A DNA stretch of 63,817 nt, filler included, from Octopus bimaculoides (GCF_001194135.2; 8 parts of 8 records of this genome joined end to end with filler, not necessarily neighbours in it), one strand, 5' to 3'. Positions 13,428 to 24,746 are shown, counted from the first letter of the whole stretch. Made by a program: numbers and translations. The notes: generated by a model from the letters alone, not told the origin.

Positions 13428-14164
13428 NNNNNNNNNNNNNNNNNNNNNNNNNNNNNNNNNNNNNNNNNNNNNNNNNNNNNNNNNNNNNNNNNNNNNNNNN
13501 NNNNNNNNNNNNNNNNNNNNNNNNNNNNNNNNNNNNNNNNNNNNNNNNNNNNNNNNNNNNNNNNNNNNNNNNNNNNNNNNNNNNNNNNNNNNNNNNNNNN
13601 NNNNNNNNNNNNNNNNNNNNNNNNNNNNNNNNNNNNNNNNNNNNNNNNNNNNNNNNNNNNNNNNNNNNNNNNNNNNNNNNNNNNNNNNNNNNNNNNNNNN
13701 NNNNNNNNNNNNNNNNNNNNNNNNNNNNNNNNNNNNNNNNNNNNNNNNNNNNNNNNNNNNNNNNNNNNNNNNNNNNNNNNNNNNNNNNNNNNNNNNNNNN
13801 NNNNNNNNNNNNNNNNNNNNNNNNNNNNNNNNNNNNNNNNNNNNNNNNNNNNNNNNNNNNNNNNNNNNNNNNNNNNNNNNNNNNNNNNNNNNNNNNNNNN
13901 NNNNNNNNNNNNNNNNNNNNNNNNNNNNNNNNNNNNNNNNNNNNNNNNNNNNNNNNNNNNNNNNNNNNNNNNNNNNNNNNNNNNNNATGTATGTATGTAT
14001 GTATGCATATTTTATATTAGAGGTAAAATCAAAACCAAGGCAGAGCAAGTATCTCAAGTCATTTGGAATAATTTAAAAGTTCAAATTAAATTATTCTAAA
14101 TACCTTGAGATACTCGTTCTGCCTTGGTTTTGATTTTTTCCTTTAATATAGAATATACTTGCTA

Positions 14165-14521
14165 TAATGGAACCCATGCTGGTGGCACATAAAAAGAACC
14201 TTTCAAGCCTCACAGAGGCAATGACAGATGACCGAGACCTTTGGCAATATGCTGTGCTTGAGAAGAAGATCCATGAAGCCAAGTGAAATTGTAGTCTTAA
14301 TGATACTGGTGTCATGCAACTGGCACCCATGCTAGTCGCATGTAGAAGCACCCATTACACTCTTGACATGCTTGATGTTAGGAAGGGTATCCAGCTGTAA
14401 GGAACCATGTCAAAATAGACTGGAAACTGGTGCAGCCCCTCAGCTTACCAGCGTTGGTCAAACTGTCCAACTCATTCTAGTATGAACAACAGACATTACA
14501 TGATGATGATGATGATGATGA
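14165..14521 (+). mobile_element. RTE-related 3' end fragment with (TGA)n tail
   Basis: ctggtggcacataaaaag..ttaggaagggtatccagctgta..(gat)n; same motifs as the RTE downstream region at 5000-5620. Confidence 0.6.
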
Positions 14522-14814
14522 AGATATATATTCAGTGAAGACTCCAGCTTCTAACAAGCCATTACTTACTGACCCATTGACAAGAGATTTTATTACATGT
14601 AAACATGTAAACCTGTATAACTACTTCAGATTTAGAAAAACTAGAAATTGTAGGGTTTTTTCTATTTGTTCTTTATTGGGCCAGAGGAGAATTGTTATTG
14701 TCATTTCTTGTTTGTAAAACGCTTTTCTCGATTTTTTTATCAAAAGCTGTGAGACACCCACACGTATCTGTTGTAATTATCGAGACAAAAAAAGAAGTTA
14801 GATGAATGTGTTTA

Positions 14815-14932
14815 CATTACCATCATCATCACCATCACCACCATCATCATCGTCGTCATCATCATCACCATCATCATCATCATTAATGTCATCATCATCA
14901 TCATCGTCATCATCATCATCATCCCCATTATC

Positions 14933-14963
<31 letters not shown>

Positions 14964-15015
14964 CTGTCATCACCTACATCATCATCATTGTTGCCATTGT
15001 TGTTGTCATTGTCAT
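14815..15015. repeat. (CAT)n-type trinucleotide repeat
   Basis: Read directly; source of the poly-D and poly-S ORFs. Confidence 0.95.
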
Positions 15016-16439
15016 TGTTGTAATGCTCACTGTTCCATGCTTTCAAGGATGGGTCAGGTAGGAATTCTTTTAAGGCAGATTTTCTATGGCTGGATGCCTT
15101 TCCTGTCACCTACCCTCCCATCACCCGTTTCCATGGATAGCCAGACATGTTTTTTTACACGAGAGAGTGGAAATGAGTGACATTGCTTAGATGACAGTGA
15201 CACACACACACACAGAAACATACATACATATGTCTATATAAGTATGGAGAATATTAAGAAAATGTTAAATGAACTTATAGGAATTATAAAGAATTATAAA
15301 GGCCATAAATGTTTAAAGAATTTATAAGGACTACAAAAAATTGTAAGAGCCACAATCAGGGAGAATGAAGCAAACATTATAAAGATAAGATTTATCTCCA
15401 CTCTCGTGGATGTTCTGTTAGAACAAATTATACTACAGTAATTACCATGAGAGAAACTCTCATAATGACTTTGGTGCGAAATACATTCCTGTTTATATTG
15501 GTAGCAGGAAGATAAATCCCTGCTATTTCCAGCACCAAGACCACCAGATCATATGATTTTGACCTTCCTTGGTTTTGTCAAAGATACCACCTAAGGTTAG
15601 CTGCTAATTGTTTAAAGTTATTAAATTGTAAATTATATAAAATTACAATTGTTAGTATATGTTGTTAGAATTAAGAGTATGCAAATTAGCTGAAATATGA
15701 TCAATTATTAGCATTAAAAGTATTAGAATACACTAGGCTACCTAAATATAATCCCTGACTCTTATTACTAGTAATTATGATCCATATTGTAGGGTTATAG
15801 ATGTGTATCTAGCACTTGGAGAAGACGTTATAGAATCAGTTTAAAGTATTAAAAAGTTCTACAAATAGGATGTAGGCATTTGATCCTTAAGTGATCAGAT
15901 CTATTAATAACATCACTATGCATTTTAATTCCAAAAGGCAGAGATTTCAACCATATCTATCAGTAAATTAAGACTGGCCTATTTAGCAATATTCTATGTT
16001 AGTTGAAAATTGATATTTTCTGACTCCCAAAGCATCACAGAAGGTGGTGCTGTTTTTGCTTTAACTCACATTCTAAAGATGATTACATAATCTCGATTTA
16101 AAATTAGAAGTAAAACCTACATGAGTGAAAGTATGTGGATTAATTTTGATATTACATTTATTTTTTAGCAGACATTCAAATTTCTTCCTACAATTACATA
16201 AACTAGTTACCACCAGGAAGGGAATAATGTGGGTTACATAAATCATAATATAATGCAGTATAGAGCTATAATGAGAGATTTTTAGAGACATGGTTATGTT
16301 TTTCTTACTTCTCTAATCGAACCTCCAGAAATTTCTCATATATGTTTTATTTAAAAATTGACCCCACACTTCTACATACACAAGCATACACACATATACA
16401 CATATAGATTCAAAATGGCAAAGAACATCTCTAATAATC

Positions 16440-16790
16440 ATTACCAAAACATCCTTTTTCAAGGGTTCAGTCCCACTGTGTAACACCTTGCGCAAGTGTC
16501 TTCTACTATAGCCTTGAGCCAACCAAAGTCTTGTGAGTGGATTTGGTAGACAGAAACTGAAAGAAGCCCTTCATGTCTGTGTGTGTGTGTGTGTATTTGT
16601 CCCCACCATCACTTGACAACCAGTGCTGGTGTGTTTACATCCCCATAACTTAGCGCATCAGCAAAAGAGACTGATAGGATAAGTACTAGGCTTTAAAAAA
16701 AAAGTAGTAGGGTCGATTCATTTGACTAAAAATTCTTCAAGGTGGTGTTCCAGCATGGCCACAGTATAATGACTGAAGCAAGTAAAAGAT
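16440..16790 (+). mobile_element. SINE family A copy
   Basis: Head, core, TG microsatellite and tail in order. Confidence 0.85.
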
Positions 16791-16989
16791 AACAGATTTG
16801 TAGACAATTATTCAATGCCTAATTATTCAATGCCTAATTATTCAATGCCTACATTTCTTATGGACATCTCATCAGCTCCAAATAAGAGGGCAACATTTAC
16901 TTCAGTAATAGTTTGAATTGTTGGACAACAAGCACAACCATAAAGACACACATACATGTATGTGTGTATGTGTATGTGTCTTTATGTTT

Positions 16990-17190
16990 GAATTTGTCCC
17001 CCACCACTGCTTGACATCTAGTGTTGGTTTGTTTACGTCCCTATGACATAGTACTTTAGCAAAAAGAGACCAATAGAATAAGTTCTAGGCTTAAAAATGA
17101 GTACTGAGGATTGATTTCTTCAACTAAACCCTTCAAGGCAGTGCCCCAGCATGGCAGTAGTCTAATGACTTGAACAAATAAAAGATAAAG
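16990..17190 (+). mobile_element. SINE family A, 3' half
   Basis: ttgtccccccaccactgcttgac..cagcatggcag..gaacaaataaaagataa. Confidence 0.75.
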
Positions 17191-18183
17191 CATTTATCTA
17201 TTGACCGTGGGAGTTGTTTTCTGTCTGTGAGGTAGAAGTGGTTTTAGAAATTTGTTCTTAATAATGTAGCAACACAGAGAAAAAAATGGGTTGTTACATT
17301 TTGATATCTGAGAATTTTGGAAGTATTCTGGAATGAACTTCCACTAGTGGTTGCAATTATCAATACTCTCATTTTTCCACTTTTGAGAAGCTATAGATAT
17401 CTTCAGGATTTGATACTTTCCAGTCAAGCAAAGTCCTTGTTATGATATGTCTTGGCCTGAATGATATATTTCCTACTATTAAAGAACATGTCAGTCTTTA
17501 ATCACAGTGTTTCCAGATGAATTACAACAAAAGGTGTGGAATTTTCCCTATTTCTTGATCTGAATGAATGGAGGTAGTGAAGGAAATAATCCCATCACCA
17601 CCACCACCACCACCACACTTTTTATTCTGTCACTATCCCTATTCATTCCCACACAAGGCCACAGACTATTTTAGACCTCTAGCTGGACACCCATAAAAAT
17701 TGTACTTTACCATTCACTCATTTTTAGTCATTTTATTTCAAAATCTTTTGAAGCAACATGTCTTTCAGTTTATGTAATTCACTAAAGCTGTGAGACGTAG
17801 GAAGTTCAAATAAATATGTATTTTAGGAAAATATTTCCACAAATGTTTGAGAATTTAGCTTTTAGTCAGTGTCACAAGAGTAGCTTTAAAAGCATTTTCC
17901 AAGAGCCATTTTCTATAGATTTTTATTCAGTCACTATCACTATCCCCCGCACACCCTCAACTATGAAATGAAAAGGGGTTGCAATATATTATGCATATGG
18001 AAAAGAGATGTTAAATGATGATGATGATGAGTGGTGTAGGTATGGCTGAGTGATAAGAAGTTCACTTCCTAACCACATGGTTCTCAGTTCAGTCCCATTG
18101 TGTGGCACTTTGGGCAAGTATCTTCCATGATAGCCCCAGGCCAAACAAAGCCTTGTCAGAGGATTTGGTAGACAGAAACTGAA

Positions 18184-18415
18184 GGTGGCGAGCTGGCAGA
18201 AACATTAGCATGCCGGGCGAAATGCTTACCAGTATTTCGTCTGCCATTACGTTCTGAGTTCAATTTCCGCTGAGGTCGACTTTGCCTTTCATCCTTTCGG
18301 GGTCGATAAATTAAGTACCAGTTACGCACTGGCGTCGATGTCATCGACTTAATCCGTTTGTCTGTCCTTGTTTGTCCCCTCTATGTTTAGCCCCCTTGTG
18401 GGCAATAAAGAGAAA
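18184..18415 (+). mobile_element. SINE family B, full length, with 10-bp TSD agaaactgaa
   Basis: ggtggcgagctggcagaa..ttctgagttcaa..tcgataaattaagtaccag..ggcaataaag; TSD at 18174-18183 and 18416-18425. Confidence 0.9.
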
Positions 18416-18462
18416 AGAAACTGAAAGAAGCCCATTGTGTGTCTGTGTGTGTGTGTATGAAT

Positions 18463-18782
18463 GCACGTGGCATAGTGGTTAGGGTATTCAGCTCACAGTC
18501 ATAAAGTTGTGAGTTCAATTCCTGCTGATACATTGTGTCCTTGAGCATGACACCTCATTTCACACTGCTCTAGTCAACTCAGTTGGCAAAAATGAGCAGT
18601 ACCTGTAATTCAGACGGCCAGCTTTGTTACACTTTGTATCATGCTGAATCCCCTTGAGAACTACAATAAGGGTTCACATATCTGTGGAGTGCTCGGCCAC
18701 ATACATGTTAACTTCACAAGCAGGCTGTTCTTTTGATTGGATCAACTGGAACCTTCATTATCATATGCAACAGAGTGCCAGT
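18463..18782 (+). mobile_element. SINE family C (tRNA-like head), full length
   Basis: gcacgtggcatagtggttagggtattc..gtgagttcaattcc (A/B-box-like)..cagagtgcca. Confidence 0.85.
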
Positions 18783-19102
18783 TAATTGTATATATTTGTG
18801 CGTGTGTGTGTGTGTGTGCATGTGTGTGTGTGTGTGTGTGCATGTGTGTGTGTGTGTGTGCATGTGTGCGTGCGAGCACGCATATGTAAATTACAATTTT
18901 TAAATCTCACAACGAGATATTCAGCAACAGTACTTTGTAGTAAAGATTGTTTGCCAACATAACATGGCAGTCCTGGTTTAGGACTAATGTTGCTGAAATT
19001 TAGCCCCAGGAGACATTGTCTCCAGCTGGCTATACGACACGATCTGTGTCCTTATATTTTCAAACAAGGGAATCTAGCACCCCCACTCAGCTTAAAACAA
19101 AA

Positions 19103-19147
19103 TCTGTGTATTGCAATTTCTGGGTTATTTCCCTTCATCAGCACAGA
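19103..19147 (-). ncRNA. Minimal type-I hammerhead ribozyme with palindromic stem III
   Basis: Minus strand reads UCUGUG-CUGAUGA-aGGG(aaauaa)CCCa-GAAA-UUGCAA-UA-CACAGA. Stem I 6 bp perfect, stem III AUUGCAAU palindrome, triplet AUA. A-A mismatch at the base of stem II. Confidence 0.65.
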
Positions 19148-19889
19148 ATAATTTAGTCTCCTGGGGCTAAATTACAGTAACATTAGTCCTAGAATAAGTA
19201 CTAGGCTCACTAGGGTCGATTTGTTCAACTAAAGGCAGTGCTCCAGCATGGCTGCAGTAAAATGACTGAAACAAATAAAAAAATAAAAGAATGATATTTT
19301 GATGAAAGGTTTTACTTTAAATCACTTTAAAACTGGGAATTTGTATCATCGTCCTACAGGCAACCTTAGGCAAGTTACAGAACACAGGCAGATAACACTG
19401 TGTAACACAATTTTTGTCCTTGGGTAGCAACTATTATTTCCTATTAGCTTACATCTAGAAAGCATGAAAAGTGGCTCTTTCCTTCAGAACTTGCTTTTGT
19501 TATGATATTTATTCAAAACCTAAAGACTCCCTCTCAACACATGGTTATGATGCTCCCCTACTACTCCTGCTCATGATCAGGGATGTACATGTTGTGAGCC
19601 ACTAAGGGACGTACTTAAGTGGTTACGGTTAAGCAACTGACAAGTGATTCTGTGGCATTTGTTATTTCAATATTTCCGTATTTCCACTTCAACAACTCAG
19701 TGCTAAATCTGTTTGAAAATAAGCCTTTTTTTATTTTCATATATAATGCATAAAAACATGTACAACTTTTAGAACATTGTCATCTTATAAGATTTTGCTG
19801 GCAAATTTTTAAATTAACATAAACATTTATTTACATGAAAGAAAATTATCAGAGAACTTTCATCTAATTCTTCCAAATCTTTCTGTTAA

Positions 19890-21050
19890 AACTATATTGA
19901 AACAATTTGTGGGGGGTTTCGTTTATCACAGCAACTAGCTGCACACCACAAGGTATAACAGAACCTACTGAAGCAAGCCAGCATGCTCGCAGCATTACAA
20001 CTGGTAATTACAAGGTTAAGGCATTGGGAAAGCCAAGCGCCCTCACAGGCATCACCTGACACCTTGGTGAGGCAAGCTTCCAATGTTGACAAGAACTTCG
20101 TCGTTAGTGGCCCAGTCCCTCCGAACGTCTCAAATGCCACAGGTTCAAAGAGATAGTTCACTGTCTGTTCCCAATACTTCAGGGGTTTTTTCTGTTCAGC
20201 TATGGAAGCAGTGACCCACCCGTTAACTGCAACATCCAGGATGTGGGAGGGAGCAAAGGAGTTGCAGACTGTGATGTCCCAAATGCGGCACTATGAGTGT
20301 GATGAAGATGTAGAGTTCATCTAGACTGAGTAGACCTCCAATGTTGGCCACAGGCAGGCATCAATCCAGTCCCCTGAGAATTTTGCACTTGCTGAAAGTA
20401 GGTGACACCTTGAAAATTGATTAGACTGATCAAGGAGTAAGTTGAAAGTGGCACCTGAAAGCAGATTGTCCCATCGTCTCTGTTTCCACCTATCCTCCAC
20501 TGTAACTGGAACTCAGATCTCTCCTCTGTGATAGAGCTTCATCCATCTCCTTGCTGGAATTAGTCTGTGTTGGAGAGGAGAGGACATTGCCTATCAAAGG
20601 GGAGCAAGCATGGATGGAGGAAAGAAAACAGGGAAGAGATAAAACGAACACTTGCGTAGACCCCGAACCATTTGGGTAAAGCAGCTTGGTCACGTGAGTT
20701 TGGAGAGTGTTTGACATTGACCGAGCATTCGAGTTTCCTGCAGATTAGGTCATCAAAGTATTGGAGAGATGACAGGAATCTGTAAGAGGGATTAACTCTC
20801 AGAAAATACAATAGCTTAGGAATTGACAAGTAATTCCTAAGTTTGAAAGGAAGCAATGGCAGTAGGCTGGCTGTTACGGGAGTTGTGGGGTGAATAAAAG
20901 GACGAGCAGGACTAATACCGGCCAAATCTGATGATGGAAGGGGTCGGGGAGAGATGGGGGAAGAGAGTTAACTCCCTTAGAATGTGATGAAGGAGGTGGA
21001 AAGTCAGAGAATGAAGGCTGGTAGAGTGTGACGAAATCATTTAATTATGC
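19890..21050 (-). mobile_element. CRE-clade non-LTR retrotransposon remnant with the RT domain deleted
   Basis: RLE C-terminus WDITVCNSFAPSHI..AEQKKPLKY..YLFEPVAFETFGGTGP..CNAASMLA; upstream LLSASAKFSGDWIDA; further upstream SRDQAA..LFSFLHPCL resembling the pre-RT region. Confidence 0.7.
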
Positions 21051-21453
21051 TGATCTCCTGTTTCAAAAGATTGAAGTCCAGGTTACAAAAGCAAAGTTTG
21101 AAGGAAATAGTTAGTCATTTCATTTGATTTCTAGATAAAAGCAAATTGGAAATTACACTTATTCACCAAATTTTGTTGCACATACAATATTTAATGCTTT
21201 TGTTACCATATTTCTGTTGAAATTCACTGCTTTTGTTTCAATAAATTTTGAAAATAATGACAAATTTAGTCAAATAATTTTGACATTATTAAACTAGTGT
21301 TTAAATATAAACTAACAATAACAACAACAACAATAGCAATAACAAAATTTTCTTTATTTTTGTTAGGAACACATAAAACAGACATTAAAATACAGAAACA
21401 CATTTTGGGGTTGTGATGATGATAATAATAATAATAATAAAAAATTCTGTTTT

Positions 21454-21607
21454 ATTGGCCACAAGGGCTAATATAAATCAAAGCATATAAGGACAAAGAC
21501 AAGACAAAAAGTACAGTGTTTTGTCCAAAAAGAAAAAAAAACCCTTTGTATTTTCGTCCGGTCTTTGTCCTTATATGTTTTGATTTATATTAGCCCTTGT
21601 GGCCAAT
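21454..21607. repeat. 47-bp near-perfect inverted repeat with a 60-nt spacer
   Basis: Arms 21454-21500 and 21561-21607, one mismatch; extended by flanking (AAT)n/(ATT)n. Confidence 0.9.
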
Positions 21608-21639
21608 GAAAAAGAATTAATTATTATTATTATTATTAT

Positions 21640-22262
21640 TATTATTTCAAATGTTGGCACAAGGCCAGCAATTTCATGGAATTACATCGACCTCCAGCGT
21701 TCAACTTTTTATTGACGTTGAAAGGATGAAAGGTAAAGTCTACNNNNNNNNNNNNNNNNNNNNNNNNNNNNNNNNNNNNNNNNNNNNNNNNNNNNNNNNN
21801 NNNNNNNNNNNNNNNNNNNNNNNNNNNNNNNNNNNNNNNNNNNNNNNNNNNNNNNNNNNNNNNNNNNNNNNNNNNNNNNNNNNNNNNNNNNNNNNNNNNN
21901 NNNNNNNNNNNNNNNNNNNNNNNNNNNNNNNNNNNNNNNNNNNNNNNNNNNNNNNNNNNNNNNNNNNNNNNNNNNNNNNNNNNNNNNNNNNNNNNNNNNN
22001 NNNNNNNNNNNNNNNNNNNNNNNNNNNNNNNNNNNNNNNNNNNNNNNNNNNNNNNNNNNNNNNNNNATCCCAGCAATTTAAAGGGTGGGGGAAAGTTGAT
22101 TACATTAACCCCAGTGTTCATTTGGTACTTATTTTATCGACTCTGAATGGATGAAAGGCAAAGTCGACCTCACCAGGATTTGAACTCAGAATGTAAAAGA
22201 CACATGAAATGCCACTAAGCATTTTATCCAGTGTGCTAATGATTCTGTCAGTTCACCACCTT
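21640..22262 (-). mobile_element. SINE family B sequence on both sides of gap 21744-22067
   Basis: ttggcacaaggccagcaattt..ggatgaaagg.aaagtcgacc..atttgaactcagaa. Confidence 0.75.
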
Positions 22263-22298
22263 AATAACAATAATAATAATAATAATAACAACAACAGC

Positions 22299-22361
<63 letters not shown>

Positions 22362-22382
22362 AATAATAATAAAAATAATAAT
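22263..22382. repeat. (AAT)/(AAC)n repeat
   Basis: Read directly. Confidence 0.95.
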
Positions 22383-22530
22383 TTTGGCACATGGCCAGAA
22401 ATTTCGGGGAAGGGCGAAAGTCAATTACATTGACCCCCAATGCTCAACTGGTACTTATTTTATCGACCCCCAATAGGATGAAAGGTAAAGTCGACTTTGG
22501 TGGAATTTGAACTCAGAACAAAAAGACAGA
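22380..22530 (-). mobile_element. SINE family B partial copy just downstream of the cysteine-rich gene poly(A) signal
   Basis: tttggcacatggccagaaattt..ggatgaaaggtaaagtcgac..gaactcagaac. Confidence 0.8.
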
Positions 22531-22597
22531 CAAGTATAACATGTCTCCTGTAATAGGGTAGGAACCGTAAGGAATCAAGAAATCAATAACCTGATCT

Positions 22598-22603
22598 TTT
22601 ATT
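22598..22603 (-). terminator. Polyadenylation signal AATAAA of the cysteine-rich gene
   Basis: tttatt on the plus strand, about 180 nt 3' of the stop codon. Confidence 0.5.
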
Positions 22604-22779
22604 AAACATAATAATCACCACAAGAACAAGAACAGCAACAACACTAACAACAACAATAAAAGAAATGACACAAACATTGACAATTCTTGTATAATATTTG
22701 ATAAAGATAGATATGCACGTCTTTGATGGGGGGTGGTCACTTGTTGGCCATCACCAGACAAAGAAGTTACCATTTCACA

Positions 22780-22891
22780 TCAATCATATTTGTTGTGGTA
22801 GTTGAATCGACGATTGTACCAGCGATTTTGGCAATCAAGTTGTCGGCCGTTGTTGTCAAAGAACATAGGGTAACATCCACAGTAGTTAGGT
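22780..22891 (-). CDS. Terminal coding exon of a small cysteine-rich protein gene: (L)PNYCGCYPMFFDNNGRQLDCQNRWYNRRFNYHNKYD*
   Basis: Minus-strand acceptor tttcattttacag|ACCTAAC at 22892/22891. Open frame to TGA at 22782-22780. Phase 2 matches the upstream exon (CT+A = Leu). AATAAA lies about 180 nt downstream. Confidence 0.8.
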
Positions 22892-23704
22892 CTGTAAAAT
22901 GAAACAACAACAGAACGTTTCTATTATCAGAAATGGAATATATTCATTTATTTGAGTTCTTTTTCTTGTTTTTCTTGTTTTCTTTTTCTCTACTTTAATC
23001 TTTTATGTTACCATATTTCTTTTAAAAATGACTGTCTTTGTTTCAATTAATTTCAATATAATGAAAAATTTAGTTCAATAACTTAGTCGTTATTTAACTG
23101 ATGTTTGGAGTATAAACGACCATGAAATTTTTATGGAAGAAATTTTAGAACAGAAAGTTTGTATTATTGCACAAGAGATGGTCTCAGATGAGTTACAGGA
23201 CACATCAACATTTTACAGTTTCGTTAAAATACTTTCTGATCAAATACACTGCCTATGTCTTAATTAATTTTGAAAATAATGAAGAATTAAGTCAAATAAT
23301 TTTGTAATAATTAAACTGGTCATAAATTAACATGAAATTTTTGATAGATTTTAATTTAGATCAGTTTAACACTTTTGTTACCATAATTCTCCATATAATG
23401 AAGAAATTAGTTGAACAATTTTGCCATTGTTATAAAAGTGGTGTTTTGAACATAAATCAACATGGAATTTTGATGGAAAGTTTTAATTCAGATCTAAAAG
23501 ATGAATCAACAATTAGGCCCCTATTCTACAAAGAAAAAAAGAAAAATATATGATATAAAGGAATTAAAATGTATAACATAAAAAATAAAAATGTCTGACA
23601 TAAAAAATTAAAATGTCTGACATAAAAGAAATAAAAATGTATGACAAAAGAAATATGTGATGCTACCAACATCCTAACAATAGAAATATTAGAATGTTAC
23701 TTAC

Positions 23705-23801
23705 AGACAGTGGGCACCTCGGAAACCATAGCAAGTAGCACTTTGGCAAGGGTTGGGACAATGTCTTGGTACTTGACCGTCTGGACATATGGGAAAAACA
23801 G
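23705..23801 (-). CDS. Internal coding exon of the same gene: VFPICPDGQVPRHCPNPCQSATCYGFRGAHC(L)
   Basis: Strong acceptor ttttttcttttatttccag|CT and consensus donor CT|GTAAGT. 97 nt, phase 1 in and phase 2 out. Splices in frame to 22891, giving a continuous 8-Cys domain. Confidence 0.8.
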
Positions 23802-23897
23802 CTGGAAATAAAAGAAAAAAAGTAAAGTTATTTATTTGTTATCATGAGGAAATTCTCAACATTGTTGAGAAGTTTCTTATGAACTAATCAATGAAAC

Positions 23898-23949
23898 CAA
23901 CGACCAGGATCAAAGACACGAGAGTCTTTGAGGTGTCTGTTTTTAGCAT
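23898..23949 (-). CDS. Candidate first coding exon (signal-peptide-like MLKTDTSKTLVSLILVV-A) of the cysteine-rich gene
   Basis: ATG at 23949-23947, hydrophobic run LVSLILVV, phase-1 GT donor (G|GTTTCA, weak) giving a 96-nt intron in frame with exon 23801. The weak donor means the true first exon may lie elsewhere. Confidence 0.35.
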
Positions 23950-24039
23950 CAAATTGTAACAAAGGACGAAAAACAAATCTATTTTCATAAATCCTTATAA
24001 GAAAAATCAGTGACTTCATTTCAGACAGGATTCAGAACC

Positions 24040-24470
24040 TGTTAAACAAGGTCAGTTCACACAGAAGATTATGTTGTGCATTCGGTGGAATTTTAAGGGG
24101 TCGTGCTATGAATGCTAACCTTTATGCCTAATAACTGCAGTGAATATACACTTTGAAAGCTCACTCCCACAGCATGACAATGCCTTATGTGTGACGAAGT
24201 GCAAACTTTAGAGGGATTGGAAGTACTGCCTCACCCTACCTATAGTCCAGACCCTGCACCATCAAATTACCACCTTTTCCAAACCATTTTCTGTATGGAC
24301 CAGAGATTCTACAATGTGGATGAGGTTGAAAACTGGTGCAAAGAGTTTTGTGCTTCTGAACCAACCAAACGGTATAAGCATGAAATTGAGCTTCTGATAC
24401 AACAATGGCAACAGAAAATAGAATATGATGGAATATATTTTGATGAATAAACACTTTGCATGTGTAATTT
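24040..24470 (+). mobile_element. mariner (DD34D) transposase 3' remnant
   Basis: LEVLPHPTYSPDPAPSNYHLFQ..FYNVDEVENWCKEF..QWQQKIEYDGIYFDE*. Confidence 0.8.
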
Positions 24471-24546
24471 GTTTTAACTGTTAATTAAAGCTTGAAATAT
24501 AAAAAACAGACATACACACATAGACAGACAGATAGATAGATTGATT

Positions 24547-24580
<34 letters not shown>

Positions 24581-24653
24581 ATGAAACTAAATGCTTTATG
24601 GATGTGCAACCCAGGGTAATTCCATAAACCAGCCTTATCTAACTTTATTTATA

Positions 24654-24742
<89 letters not shown>

Positions 24743-24746
24743 TGTA

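Larger units (their letters stand above)
18035..19292 (+). mobile_element. SINE family A copy interrupted by three nested insertions
   Basis: Head 18035-18183 and 18416-18435, tail 19190-19292. Contains family B, family C and the hammerhead-bearing element. Confidence 0.7.

Noticed and set aside
14798-15109. Poly-Asp / poly-Ser ORFs
   Set aside because: (CAT)n expansion next to an RTE-type tail.
16845-16880. CUGAUGA-gauguccauaa-GAAA on the minus strand; similar half-matches near 36806 and 51723
   Set aside because: No viable stem II or stem I; expected by chance in AT-rich DNA.
18463-18540. tRNA-like A/B boxes as a possible tRNA gene
   Set aside because: It is the head of a multi-copy SINE; no complete cloverleaf is evident.
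22780-22860. PMFFDNNGRQLDCQNRWY resembles the reflectin N-terminal motif spacing (D..GR..D.Q.R)
   Set aside because: No Met-rich repeats, and the segment is an integral part of an 8-Cys domain; the similarity is short and probably coincidental.
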